Assembly: GCA_964438715.1 (NCBI GenBank)
Contig: CAYTLQ010000324.1
Coordinates: 1 to 54,993, forward strand
Source: an uncultured Ignavibacteriaceae bacterium
GTDB taxonomy: Bacteria > Bacteroidota > Ignavibacteria > Ignavibacteriales > Ignavibacteriaceae
Direction of reading: 5' to 3'
Length of the DNA: 54,993 bases
The notes under the pieces were generated by a model. That model worked only from the letters and a program-made list of their open reading frames with translations. It was not told the origin of the DNA and did not search any database. A program made the position numbers and the translations under genes. Of this stretch, positions 1 through 9,523 are shown in pieces (position 1 is the first letter of the stretch; every line of letters begins with the position of its first letter).

Positions 1-989
1 ACCCAATCCATCGGCAGAGATTTTTGCATTAGCGGCGAACGGGAAATAAAATTATGTTCAAACGATATGGAAAACATAAGCAGAGAAAAAAACGGCGGCC
101 GGTATGTCAGCGAAACAAATAATGCGGGATTTATAGTATTGTGAGTTAACGACTCTCTTAAATAAGAAGTTCCTCTATAAAAGCCATTAAAATATGTATC
201 TCTTTCAAAATCAGAATGCTCCCCAATGGTATTAAATGTTGCCAATGCGCCCGCGCCAATGCCGAATTCCGCTCCGGAAAATGTTTGTTTCCGGTAAAAA
301 TAGCCCATCCCGAATTTCACAGTTGTGAAATACAATTCTGCATTGTTTATATAATCAAAATATTCTGTTATATCGCCATTTGCTGACTCTATGGTGGTGG
401 TATAATCCGATGCAAAATTTGTAGATGCACCACTGCGTTGTACTCCTGCAATAAATGCAAAGTTATCGTAAAGAATCAAAGCAGAAAGTCCAAGACCCGA
501 TCCGGCATGTGTGTAATCTGTTCCTCCTCCGGGAATTGACTGAAAATTAATATCCAGAGAAAGATATGCCGAAAACCCGGTATTAATGCTGGAAAAATCA
601 TTGTTTTCTTTCTGACCAGAAGTCTTATGTTCTGAGTACCCGTTCACAACATCGGAAAAACTGCTTCCTGAGCTTTTATTTTCACTGCTATCAACTAAAG
701 ATTTACTTTCAATTTCTGCAATAGCCTCTGCGGCAGAGCTGAGTACTGTTGTTGTAAAATCGCTGAAACAGCAGGAGAGAATTGTTGACCAATCAGTATC
801 GTTAATAACTGTGCCGCTTTCATACCACCCACTACCCGATGAGGAGTCTTTTGGTCTCTTTTCTTTTGTTATCTTGTCTCTTGTTCTTTCTCTGGTTGAG
901 TCGGCAGGCGCCTGATTAGTTGCAGAAATAGCAGAGGAACAAAAAATACATATCAAAATAATAGTGGTAAAAAACTTCCGAACCGGCAT
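1..989 (-). CDS. Hypothetical secreted/outer-membrane protein; the C-terminus runs off the window start
   Basis: Hand translation of the minus strand from the ATG at 989-987 stays open to position 3 with no stop. The N-terminus (MPVRKFFTTIILICIFCSSAISA...) looks like a signal peptide. A Ser/Thr/Lys-rich linker follows, then Gly/aromatic-rich alternating segments (GLGLSALILYDNFAFIAG, FGMGYFYRK) reminiscent of beta-barrel proteins. It is missing from the ORF track, presumably because no stop lies inside the window. Confidence 0.55.
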   Translation of the reverse strand, partial: MPVRKFFTTIILICIFCSSAISATNQAPADSTRERTRDKITKEKRPKDSSSGSGWYESGTVINDTDWSTILSCCFSDFTTTVLSSAAEAIAEIESKSLVDSSENKSSGSSFSDVVNGYSEHKTSGQKENNDFSSINTGFSAYLSLDINFQSIPGGGTDYTHAGSGLGLSALILYDNFAFIAGVQRSGASTNFASDYTTTIESANGDITEYFDYINNAELYFTTVKFGMGYFYRKQTFSGAEFGIGAGALATFNTIGEHSDFERDTYFNGFYRGTSYLRESLTHNTINPALFVSLTYRPPFFSLLMFSISFEHNFISRSPLMQKSLPMDW

Positions 990-1192
990 ATATTTTACTG
1001 CATAAATTATCGCGTATTTCATAAAGAGTCGTACTTTTTCCGTTATACTCTTTAGAATCATAATTAGTGCCAAAAAGATGAAAACAAAAGAGAGAAAAAA
1101 GCTCAAAATCTTTTCAGATTTCGCAATGAGAAATTTTCAGAAAAGCTGGGAGGGATTGGTTGTATAGTTTATTCTACACAATGTACAGAAAA

Positions 1193-1226
1193 GATTGCCG
1201 GACTTCCGTCGGGAAATCCGGCAATC
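1193..1226 (-). terminator. Rho-independent terminator candidate after the 692-aa propeller gene
   Basis: Perfect 10-bp inverted repeat GATTGCCGGA (1193-1202) / TCCGGCAATC (1217-1226) with a 14-nt loop. On the minus strand it begins about 10 nt after the stop at 1237 and is followed by TTTTCTG. Confidence 0.6.
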
Positions 1227-1236
1227 AAAAAAGTAA

Positions 1237-3315
1237 TTATTTTATCAGCATTAATTTTCGAACTTTGGAAAATCCGTTTGCTGTAAGTTTATAATAATAC
1301 ACCCCTCCGGCAAAACCTGAGCCATTAAAATCAACGGAATAACTGCCTGCTTTTTTATATCCTTTTTCCAGCACCGCAACTTCATTACCCAGTGCATCAT
1401 ATACCATCAGAGAAATATCTGCATCGGCAGAGAGTTCGTAAGTAATTGTTGTCTGTGGATTGAAAGGATTAGGATAATTCTGCATCAGCCTGAAGTTTAC
1501 CGGTGATTTTTCCGATTCGCGTTCTATTGCAGTCACTACTTCGGTGTAAGGTCTTTTCAAAACACCCTCTAAACCTGTTCCTGCAAAAATATACTGGCTA
1601 TTGGCAGTAATAGCATAGACAAATAGTGAAGTAAGTCCATCATTTACAGCACTCCATGTATTTCCTGCGTCAGTTGACCGGAAAATTCCACTACCGAATG
1701 TACCCGCAAAAATATTAGAACCAAAAGCAGAGAGTTCTTCTACATAAAGATTTTCCAGTCCGGTATTTACCGCTACCCACGATGCTCCATCGTTTGTAGA
1801 TTTATATACACCATAACCAAAGAGTGAGGCAAAGATAGCATTTCCCGATGACGACAATTCCATTGCATAAGTTTGCGGTAGTCCATTATTTACGCCCACC
1901 CATGACTGTCCATCGTTAGTAGATTTAAACACTCCATACTGTGTCCCTGCATACAATACATCCCCAACCGAAAGTAGAGCTCGAACATCACCATCGCTTA
2001 AACCTGTTGCAACTTGCTGCCAGTTTTCACCATTGTTTGTAGATTTGAAAACTCCTCCTCCATAAGTTCCGGCAAAAATCACTCCGTTTTTGTTCAACAA
2101 TACCTTAACATCAATAACACTCAACCCATTACTTACGCTTTGCCACTCAATTATGTTTTTACCGGAACGCGCAACACCATCAGATGTAGCAACAAAATAA
2201 TAATTTTCTGTAACTATCATATCGGATACCGCTACAGAATTGAGTCCGTTGTTCGCCTGTAACCAATCTGCTCCATTATTTTGAGAAACATATAAACCCG
2301 CTCCGCCATCAACGCCGGCAAACACTCTGTTACCGTCAGTTTGAATGAACTGCACCGATGAATAACCGAGCCCTTCATTACGGGACTGCCAACTGTTTCC
2401 ATTATCAGGAGAAACAAAGATACCTCCATCCCTTGTACCGGCATAAATTAACCCTCCATTAACAAAAACATCATTTACTTCTTTATAGGGTACAACTGAG
2501 CTAATACCTGACCAGGTTTGTCCATCATCGGATGAGCGGAACAATCCCTTGCCGGTGGTACCCGCATAAAGTGAATTTCCATCCGAAGTTATTGAAACAA
2601 CAAATGTTGATGTTATTCCATTACCCGCAAAAAACCAACTAGCTCCGGAGTTTGTACTGCGATAGATACCGGAGAATGTTCCAAGGAATATATCCTGTTC
2701 CCTGACATATATTTCTTCAATGTACAATGTTGCCAATCCGCTATTAGAAGCATACCAGGTTGCCCCGTGATTATCGGATATATATAAACCATTAGTAGTT
2801 CCGGCAAATATCTGGCTATCCTTAATAGCCAATGCCTGAATATATTGCCCTGAAACCTCAGCTTCAACACTATCCCAGGTAGTGCCCTGATCTGTTGAGA
2901 TGTACATTGCTCCACCCGTTGCCAATACAATTTTCTCATCATCTGCCGCAAGCGCTGTTACAAAATCATTCCCAAAACCGGAGGTAACAGAAACCCATTC
3001 GGCACCTCCATTTGTGGTGCGAAAAACACCTGCTGTTGTTCCTGCAAACACTGAGTTTTGTGAAGTTACTATTGCTTCGATATATAAGGATAATAGACCG
3101 GCGCTTGCCCGATACCAGGTAAGTCCATTATCCTCTGTGCGAAAAACCCCTCCACCAGTTGTGCCGGCAAAAACAACGCCACCACTTTTTGTTAATGATG
3201 TAATTGTACTTCCTAGAGGACCTCCCGTTTCCTGCCACTGCGCTGTGAGTAGTGAGCTTAAGAAAATAAAGAGAAATATTGATTGTTTGATTTTCGATAG
3301 TATTTTACCTGCCAT
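1237..3315 (-). CDS. Secreted BNR/Asp-box-like beta-propeller repeat protein with T9SS C-terminal sorting domain
   Basis: Signal-peptide-like N-terminus. About 13 tandem ~45-aa repeats of the form AGT..GG(V/I)F(R/K)ST(D/N)xGxxW (GVFRTEDNGLTW, GVFKSTNNGENW, GIFRSTDAGNTW and others). The C-terminus (MQNYPNPFNPQTTITYEL...GVYYYKL) matches the T9SS/Por secretion-tail pattern. Confidence 0.85.
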   Translation of the reverse strand: MAGKILSKIKQSIFLFIFLSSLLTAQWQETGGPLGSTITSLTKSGGVVFAGTTGGGVFRTEDNGLTWYRASAGLLSLYIEAIVTSQNSVFAGTTAGVFRTTNGGAEWVSVTSGFGNDFVTALAADDEKIVLATGGAMYISTDQGTTWDSVEAEVSGQYIQALAIKDSQIFAGTTNGLYISDNHGATWYASNSGLATLYIEEIYVREQDIFLGTFSGIYRSTNSGASWFFAGNGITSTFVVSITSDGNSLYAGTTGKGLFRSSDDGQTWSGISSVVPYKEVNDVFVNGGLIYAGTRDGGIFVSPDNGNSWQSRNEGLGYSSVQFIQTDGNRVFAGVDGGAGLYVSQNNGADWLQANNGLNSVAVSDMIVTENYYFVATSDGVARSGKNIIEWQSVSNGLSVIDVKVLLNKNGVIFAGTYGGGVFKSTNNGENWQQVATGLSDGDVRALLSVGDVLYAGTQYGVFKSTNDGQSWVGVNNGLPQTYAMELSSSGNAIFASLFGYGVYKSTNDGASWVAVNTGLENLYVEELSAFGSNIFAGTFGSGIFRSTDAGNTWSAVNDGLTSLFVYAITANSQYIFAGTGLEGVLKRPYTEVVTAIERESEKSPVNFRLMQNYPNPFNPQTTITYELSADADISLMVYDALGNEVAVLEKGYKKAGSYSVDFNGSGFAGGVYYYKLTANGFSKVRKLMLIK

Positions 3316-3612
3316 GGTTGATCTTTCTGTTGTGTAATATTTAACTGTTATGCAAAATTCAATAAATACAGAAGTATTTTTTTCATAATCAAGTTAGGGG
3401 TATTTGCCCTGTTAAACCACAATTTGTACCTTCAAGGTTTTATTACCTGATAAACGGCACTGTAAGAGGATGAGAATGGGATAGATTATAAAAATACAAT
3501 TATCGAATAGTGTATTTTGTATGTTTTGCGCTGATTACTCAGCATTTTTAATCTTTTACAGAGATTGTCTTGTTTGAGTAAAAGAACAGGAAATACCCTC
3601 GGGGTTATGGGG

Positions 3613-4342
3613 AAATCGAAGATCCTCTGGATTGCAAATCCTCTGGATTTTAAATCCGTTCCATAACGGATCGGAGATCCTCTGGATAATATTATCACAG
3701 CACAAACAAAAGAAACCCTGACGGAGTGGAATTATAATTTCTCTTCACTCCGTCAGGGGATCCGTTGGCTAATCCGTTAGCTAACGGACAATGCCACTAT
3801 TATATCACCCTTTCAGGGTTTTATTTGGGTATTTAACGAATATTCTATAATACTTTCAACCCCTCGGGTTTAATGACACAGAAACATTTGTTCGTTCTAA
3901 AAAAATCAATCCTGAGATAAGACAAATTATATAGCAGGTGTATGCCAAATATCAAATAACAATCCTGAAGGGATGTTTTATTTATAGCGCAGATATACGC
4001 AACACCAAATAAAAATCCGAAGGGATGACATAATTAAATAATTGACTTGCTATCATAGTTCAATTTCGTCATAAGATCCGTTGGCTAATCCGTTAGCTAA
4101 CGGACGATGCCACAATTATATCACCCTTTCAGGGTTTTCAGGATAAGTAAGGATAGCTGTTGTTATAAAAATATCACCCTTTCAGGGTTGGGTGTATGAT
4201 AAAACTTTAAATCCTCTGGATTTTAAATCCGTTCCATAACGGATCGAAGATCCTCCAGATTGTTAAATCCGTTCCCTAACGGATGGACTTAGCTTTTGTA
4301 ATCTATCCGGAGGATTTACAATTCTCAAAATGTCGTACACCC
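3613..4342. repeat. Copy A of a modular hairpin-rich intergenic repeat family
   Basis: Long near-identical stretches are shared with 30466-31192 and 53059-53412. Shared modules include GGATCCGTTGGCTAATCCGTTAGCTAACGGACAATGCCACTATTATATCACCCTTTCAGGGTT and GGGTGTATGATAAAA...AATCCTCTGGATT. A perfect 13-bp stem lies at 3716-3728/3747-3759. The right end carries an inverted copy of the terminal motif GGGTGTACGACA (4331-4342). Confidence 0.85.
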
Positions 4343-4378
4343 GAAATAATTTAACAACGCAAAAACTTAATTTTTATA

Positions 4379-5572
4379 TTATCGTATCAGAGTCATCTTT
4401 TTTGTTTCCGTAAAATTACCCGCTTGCAATTTGTAAATATATACTCCACTTGGCAGATTTTCTGCATCAAACTCTACTGAATAACTGCCGGCTTCTTTGA
4501 TTTCACTTACTAATGTCTTCACTTCCGTTCCTAAAACATCATAAACTTTTAATGTTACATATTGTCTGCCGGCTATTGAATATTGTATCCTGGTTATCGG
4601 ATTAAATGGATTCGGATGGTTTTGATATAAAACGAATGAAGTAATTTTTGCAACATCTTTATCATCAATGCTTGTCAATTCTGATAGTGGTCTTTTCCAT
4701 ACCGACACAGGTACCTGTGCATAATCACCATTTCCTGCATAGATGTTATTGTTATACACCATGGTTGCCGTTATACTGCTTTTACCAAGATTATCATTTT
4801 TGCTAATAAATGTTTCACCATAATCAGAAGAAAAATAAAATCCCGAGTCTGTACCGGCAAAAACATATTGATTGTAGAGTAAAAGACTGTGTACATAAGC
4901 GCCGGATTTCTGAAATTTATTTTCCCAACTCTGTCCATAATTTGTTGAGCGGTATATTATACCATCCTGCGTACCAAAAAATATTACAGAGTCTTTTGCA
5001 GTAACTGACCAACCGGCAGAATTATTTATGACATTCCAACTATTTCCCATATCAGTAGTAACGGATAACCCTGAACCTGCTAAATAAATTCTGTTTGAAG
5101 AAACAAACAGATTACCAAATGCCGGATCTTTAATTATCGACCAGGACTGTCCACCATCTGAGGATAAATAAATTTTGTTAAACGCTATTGCAACAAGAAA
5201 ACTTTCACCCGCGGCCATTGATATAATAGCTGAATTCGATAACGATGTTAAACTCCAGCTTGATCCATTATCGGTTGATTTATAAACTCCCGGGGTGGGT
5301 GATGAGGTATAAGCTAGACCGCAATAAAGAACATTGTTTAACTTGCTTAATGACCACGCATAAGCAGGCATTGTAAAAAATGCATTCCAGACTGCCCCCT
5401 GATTACTGCTTCTAAATAAATATGCAGTACCACCCGCATAAAGAACCCCATCATGCTCAAGTAATGCCATTATATCACCCCCTAGATTAACATCATCTAC
5501 TTTTATCCATTGACTCCTGAAGTCTGTGTGAAATGCGAATAGCAAAATGAGGGTTAATACTATTTTTTTCAT
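4379..5572 (-). CDS. Secreted BNR-like beta-propeller repeat protein with T9SS C-terminal sorting domain
   Basis: Signal peptide. Repeats STDNGSSW, SSDGGQSW, TTDMGNSW, STNYGQSW and SSDYGETF. C-terminal YQNHPNPFNPITRIQY...GVYIYKL tail. Confidence 0.8.
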   Translation of the reverse strand: MKKIVLTLILLFAFHTDFRSQWIKVDDVNLGGDIMALLEHDGVLYAGGTAYLFRSSNQGAVWNAFFTMPAYAWSLSKLNNVLYCGLAYTSSPTPGVYKSTDNGSSWSLTSLSNSAIISMAAGESFLVAIAFNKIYLSSDGGQSWSIIKDPAFGNLFVSSNRIYLAGSGLSVTTDMGNSWNVINNSAGWSVTAKDSVIFFGTQDGIIYRSTNYGQSWENKFQKSGAYVHSLLLYNQYVFAGTDSGFYFSSDYGETFISKNDNLGKSSITATMVYNNNIYAGNGDYAQVPVSVWKRPLSELTSIDDKDVAKITSFVLYQNHPNPFNPITRIQYSIAGRQYVTLKVYDVLGTEVKTLVSEIKEAGSYSVEFDAENLPSGVYIYKLQAGNFTETKKMTLIR

Positions 5573-5827
5573 TCTTTTCTCCTCTGATTTTATAACTTTA
5601 CTACTCTATCATTCATTAAAAAATATTAATGATACGATATGTGAGCATAATAAAAATTTACCCTTTCTCATTTGTATCCATACAAATAAAAAGAACATGA
5701 AGTTCTTCAAAGGGAACATTGAAAAGTTTAAGTGAAGGTGTAAGAAATGTAGATTCCCATCTTATTCTAAACTATAACTGAGCAAAATTTAGACGAAAAA
5801 TCATCTATACAGATATAACCTAAGGTC

Positions 5828-8101
5828 TTATTTCAGCAGTAATAATTTTTTTGTAAGAGTATAATCTTTTGCCTGTAAAGTATAAAAATATACACCGCTT
5901 GCTATTCCGCTTCCATCAAATATTACACTATACCTGCCAGCTTTTCTAAATCCCTGAGACAATACCTGTACCTCTCTGCCAAGGATATCGTAAATTTTAA
6001 TGGTTAAGTCACCGTCTTCAGGAACAGAGAAAGAAATTATTGTCGTTGGGTTAAAAGGGTTTGGATAATTCTGATATAATTCCGGTTTTACGGGTAATGT
6101 GGTTTCATCGCCGGTATGGAGCAGAATATTTTGCTGTTGAGTTGAAAAATAAAATGTATCCTGTGGCGTAATTTTTCTTTGAGTTAATACAAAATTCGTA
6201 TCACCGAGACCGGGCAATATAATAGTGCCTGATGGAACTATGGATGTAAGTTGCGCGTGTGTATTAAATGGATTTACCTGATATGGAGGCGGTGTTATAA
6301 ATACAATATCTTCTCCCGCATCCCAGCGGTTGTTTTTTGTGGCATTGTTCTCTTTTACGAGAAGAGAAATTTTTTCACCGCCATCGGGATTTCTGGCTAT
6401 AAAAGGAGTAATTACATTTCGTATTCCTGTAACTCCAAGCGCAGTATCGAGCGGGGTAACATATCCACCACCGGGTAATGTATCGGTACTGCCCCAAATA
6501 AGTGCAACATCAATAGGAGCCAGAAGTTTAGAACCCGCAGTGGGTGGGGTTACATTGAAACGCAGATTAGAGCCGGAGTTATTCACAAAATAAGAACCCT
6601 CTGTATCCAGCGTCAGTTTGAATACCGGCAGAAATTCGACTGCAACTCCATCAAACTGGTTGGTAAAATAAAACACATTTGTGCCACGGTTAACAGGAAA
6701 ACGATTAACAGCAATAACATTAGTATTCGTGTTCCGTATGGTTGCAAATACCGTATCGGCTGTTGAAGCGGTATCGAAACTTACTTTATAGGTGTGACCC
6801 GTAACTGCGGTTGAGTCGAGTATGTGAACCAGAATCTTTGCGGTTGACTTTCCTGTAGGATGCAGGTACGATCCGGGAGATACAACCCCCTGAGGTTTAA
6901 GTGGAACAAATTTTCTGGTAACTATATCATAATCGCTTCCAAACTGTTTCCAGCTCGACCAAACTGCGGTAATTTCCTCATTGGGCATTATGATAAAATC
7001 CGGTTCCCACTGGAATGAGTTTGTTGTGACATTAACTCTGGTTTCAAATGTATATTTATAATTCGTTTCATCAAATAACGCGGTAAATATTCCCTCCCTG
7101 TCACCATCCTGTTTCCAGCTTGACCACATAACAGCAAACTTGTTGCCGCTAATTATTTTCACTTTTGGCAACCATTGGTAATACCGGGTTGAATAATTCA
7201 CCCTTTGTTCATTCATAAGTGGTGAGCCGCTTGAATCAAAACGGCGAAAATAAATACCACCATCATCGCCATCCTGTTCCCAACTGCACCACACTACCAC
7301 AAATGTGTTATCTTGAAATATAGCCGCATCACCCATCCATTGATAGTCTGCTGTGACTGAGTTAATCCTGAATTCGGGAGTAAGTGCGTTTCCCGTTGCG
7401 TCAAATATTCTTCCATAAACACCATATCCGGAGGGACTTCCGGCATCTTGTTTAAACGATTCCCAGATAAATAAAATCTTACCATCGGAGAAATATCGTA
7501 CTGTTGGCCTTGCCTGACTGTAAGCTGTTGTCTGATTTACCCGGAACTCGCTTCCTAATTTGTTACCGGATGCATCGAACCGTTGAGCAAAAACACCACG
7601 GTCACTGCCATCCTGGTACCAGGAATCCCAGGCAATTATAAACTCACCGCTTTCACTAATCGCAACAGAAGGATTACACTGAGACCATGCTGTTGTTGTA
7701 TTTGCCGTTTCTTCTGTTGCTCCCGCTCCTCCTTGTGTCGTTGCCAAATAACTAATATCATACAAATTTGTGCTTCCCTTCATCGATGTCCAGGCAATTA
7801 CGAATTTTCCCGACTTATTCATTGCGATAACAGGATATTCCTGATTTCCGGCTGTTACCTGGTTTACTACCTGAGGGCTTCCGTTTTTTGTGCCATTAGA
7901 AAAATATTTCTGTAAATAAATATCGTATCCCGATTGTGAGGAAACCTGATTAAGTGACTGCCATACAACAGCATAATTTCCAATTGAATCCTTTGCAATT
8001 ACCGGTGCTCGTTGCGTTGTATCGGTGTATTCATTTACAAGAAACTCTGACTGTGCAAGTACACAAAAGGACAGAAAAAAAATAAAGAATACCTTTTTCA
8101 T
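5828..8101 (-). CDS. Secreted repeat protein (seven W-x-S-W-x-QDG-type repeats) with T9SS C-terminal sorting domain
   Basis: Signal peptide. Seven ~50-aa repeats in the N-terminal half (IAWDSWYQDGSDRGVFAQRFDASGNKLGSEFRVN, VVWCSWEQDGDDGGIYFRRFDSSGSPL, AVWSSWKQFGSDYDIVTRKF and others). C-terminal YQNYPNPFNPTTIISF...GVYFYTL tail. Confidence 0.8.
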   Translation of the reverse strand: MKKVFFIFFLSFCVLAQSEFLVNEYTDTTQRAPVIAKDSIGNYAVVWQSLNQVSSQSGYDIYLQKYFSNGTKNGSPQVVNQVTAGNQEYPVIAMNKSGKFVIAWTSMKGSTNLYDISYLATTQGGAGATEETANTTTAWSQCNPSVAISESGEFIIAWDSWYQDGSDRGVFAQRFDASGNKLGSEFRVNQTTAYSQARPTVRYFSDGKILFIWESFKQDAGSPSGYGVYGRIFDATGNALTPEFRINSVTADYQWMGDAAIFQDNTFVVVWCSWEQDGDDGGIYFRRFDSSGSPLMNEQRVNYSTRYYQWLPKVKIISGNKFAVMWSSWKQDGDREGIFTALFDETNYKYTFETRVNVTTNSFQWEPDFIIMPNEEITAVWSSWKQFGSDYDIVTRKFVPLKPQGVVSPGSYLHPTGKSTAKILVHILDSTAVTGHTYKVSFDTASTADTVFATIRNTNTNVIAVNRFPVNRGTNVFYFTNQFDGVAVEFLPVFKLTLDTEGSYFVNNSGSNLRFNVTPPTAGSKLLAPIDVALIWGSTDTLPGGGYVTPLDTALGVTGIRNVITPFIARNPDGGEKISLLVKENNATKNNRWDAGEDIVFITPPPYQVNPFNTHAQLTSIVPSGTIILPGLGDTNFVLTQRKITPQDTFYFSTQQQNILLHTGDETTLPVKPELYQNYPNPFNPTTIISFSVPEDGDLTIKIYDILGREVQVLSQGFRKAGRYSVIFDGSGIASGVYFYTLQAKDYTLTKKLLLLK

Positions 8102-8108
8102 TTTCCCC

Positions 8109-8741
8109 TCACTTCATCTGAAAATCGACTAAAGGATATGATGAAGAGGGCGGAAATGTATAATGCCACCATTCGGCGCTGTAAAGCGAAAAACCAGCTA
8201 CCTGAGTCATCATATTTTTTAACAATGTTCTGTTTGCGATAATATTCGGCGGTAGATTTGTATAATCGTGCGAAGCTTCAATCCCGAACCAGTCGAAGGG
8301 AGTAGGCATTGGTAATTCCTGTCCTGTTGCATAGTCAACTAGTGAAACATCCACAGCGCCTCCTCTGTTGTGCACCGAACCGGTTGTCGGATCGGCTACA
8401 TAGATAGGGTTAGGAAATATCTCAAACATAAGATATTGTACTGCCCTTGGCCGATAACCATCAAATAACTTTAACCCTAACCCCTGCGGATAAGTAATTC
8501 CGTTATGCAGTGTAATTTTTCTCAGGCTATCCTGAACAAGCATAAGTTTTTGTATTGCGCCCAAAGCAAGATAGGGTTCATCAATAGTGTATAGTTTTTG
8601 GCCGCAAAAATTGTTCTCGCTGTTATAACGCAAATCAACAACTATGTCGGGTATGAATTGTTTTACGGGTACAATTTCATCGGGGGCTGTTTGAGCAAAA
8701 GCAACGGCGCTTAGAAAGAGGAAGAAAACCGGGATTTTCAT
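8109..8741 (-). CDS. ddpX: D-alanyl-D-alanine dipeptidase (VanX/DdpX, peptidase M15D) with signal peptide
   Basis: Family motifs are present in the right order: DLRYNSENNF, DGYRPRAVQ, SVHNRGGAVDVSL (Zn ligands) and AEWWHYT. Confidence 0.85.
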   Translation of the reverse strand: MKIPVFFLFLSAVAFAQTAPDEIVPVKQFIPDIVVDLRYNSENNFCGQKLYTIDEPYLALGAIQKLMLVQDSLRKITLHNGITYPQGLGLKLFDGYRPRAVQYLMFEIFPNPIYVADPTTGSVHNRGGAVDVSLVDYATGQELPMPTPFDWFGIEASHDYTNLPPNIIANRTLLKNMMTQVAGFSLYSAEWWHYTFPPSSSYPLVDFQMK

Positions 8742-8913
8742 TTTTGATCTGTTTTTGTTACTGAAAAATAAAAATTTCGCTTGTGAAAATCTACTTATCT
8801 CGCGTATGGTTTCAGAGTATTTATTCTGTTAAAAAAATCAAATTTTTCTCTTGAGGATTTTTATTGGAAACTTTTACCCGTTGCAAGGGGTTTTGTAAGA
8901 TAAAAAGGTCAAA

Positions 8914-9429
8914 ATGAAACTTTATACTTTACAAACCAAACAAACACTGCCGATGGATATTTCAACGGCATGGCGTTTTTTCTCAAATCCGGAAAATTTA
9001 CGCACAATTACGCCAGAATATCTTTCGTTTGAAATTCTTACAAAAAACCTTCCGGAAAAAATATATCCCGGTTTAATTATTGAATACACCGTTAAGCCTT
9101 TACTCGGACTACCTGTTGGTTGGGTTACAGAAATTACACAGGTAGAGAACGAGCGTTTCTTTATTGACGAACAAAGATTTGGTCCATACAAATTCTGGCA
9201 TCATAAGCACTTCTTTAAAGAAACTGAAGAAGGGGTAGAAATGACCGATATAGTGCATTATGCGTTACCTTTTGGCGCGCTTGGTCGTTTTGCACACTGG
9301 CTTTTTGTAAGAAACCAATTGCACGGAATCTTCCGTTACCGTTATGAAAAACTCGAAAAAATGTTTAACAATAAATCGGTACATTCTGAGAGAATTTCCA
9401 CAGATGAAATAGCTCTTCAGCAGAAGTAA
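8914..9429 (+). CDS. SRPBCC (START/polyketide-cyclase-like) family protein
   Basis: About 170 aa with the typical pattern: an N-terminal beta-strand followed by W.FF..PENL, then FGPYKFWHHKHFF and a C-terminal helix. Domain assignment is by pattern only. Confidence 0.6.
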   Translation: MKLYTLQTKQTLPMDISTAWRFFSNPENLRTITPEYLSFEILTKNLPEKIYPGLIIEYTVKPLLGLPVGWVTEITQVENERFFIDEQRFGPYKFWHHKHFFKETEEGVEMTDIVHYALPFGALGRFAHWLFVRNQLHGIFRYRYEKLEKMFNNKSVHSERISTDEIALQQK

Positions 9430-9523
9430 TTTGCGCCTATTTACGGATCTCCGGTCATAATACTTTATTTTTTAGGGAAGGGGCATTTTCTTAAATTATA
9501 AGCAAAATTAATAAATATATACT

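Noticed and set aside
2900-3337. Nested or antisense ORFs inside large genes (for example 2014-2262, 2232-2444, 2613-2951, 2900-3337, 6251-6593, 7583-7915, 12535-12816, 14936-15316, 41636-41992)
   Set aside because: Each lies wholly within a longer ORF that carries clear family motifs. Their translations have no motifs and an odd composition, so they are treated as shadow ORFs.
3486-3698. 70-aa ORF in the track, and the similar 61-aa ORF at 30405-30590
   Set aside because: Both lie inside or across the hairpin-rich repeat elements. Their sequences are just translated palindromes (PLRYGTDLKSRGFAIQRIFD). They have no RBS or coding-like composition, and the reading frame is not preserved between repeat copies.
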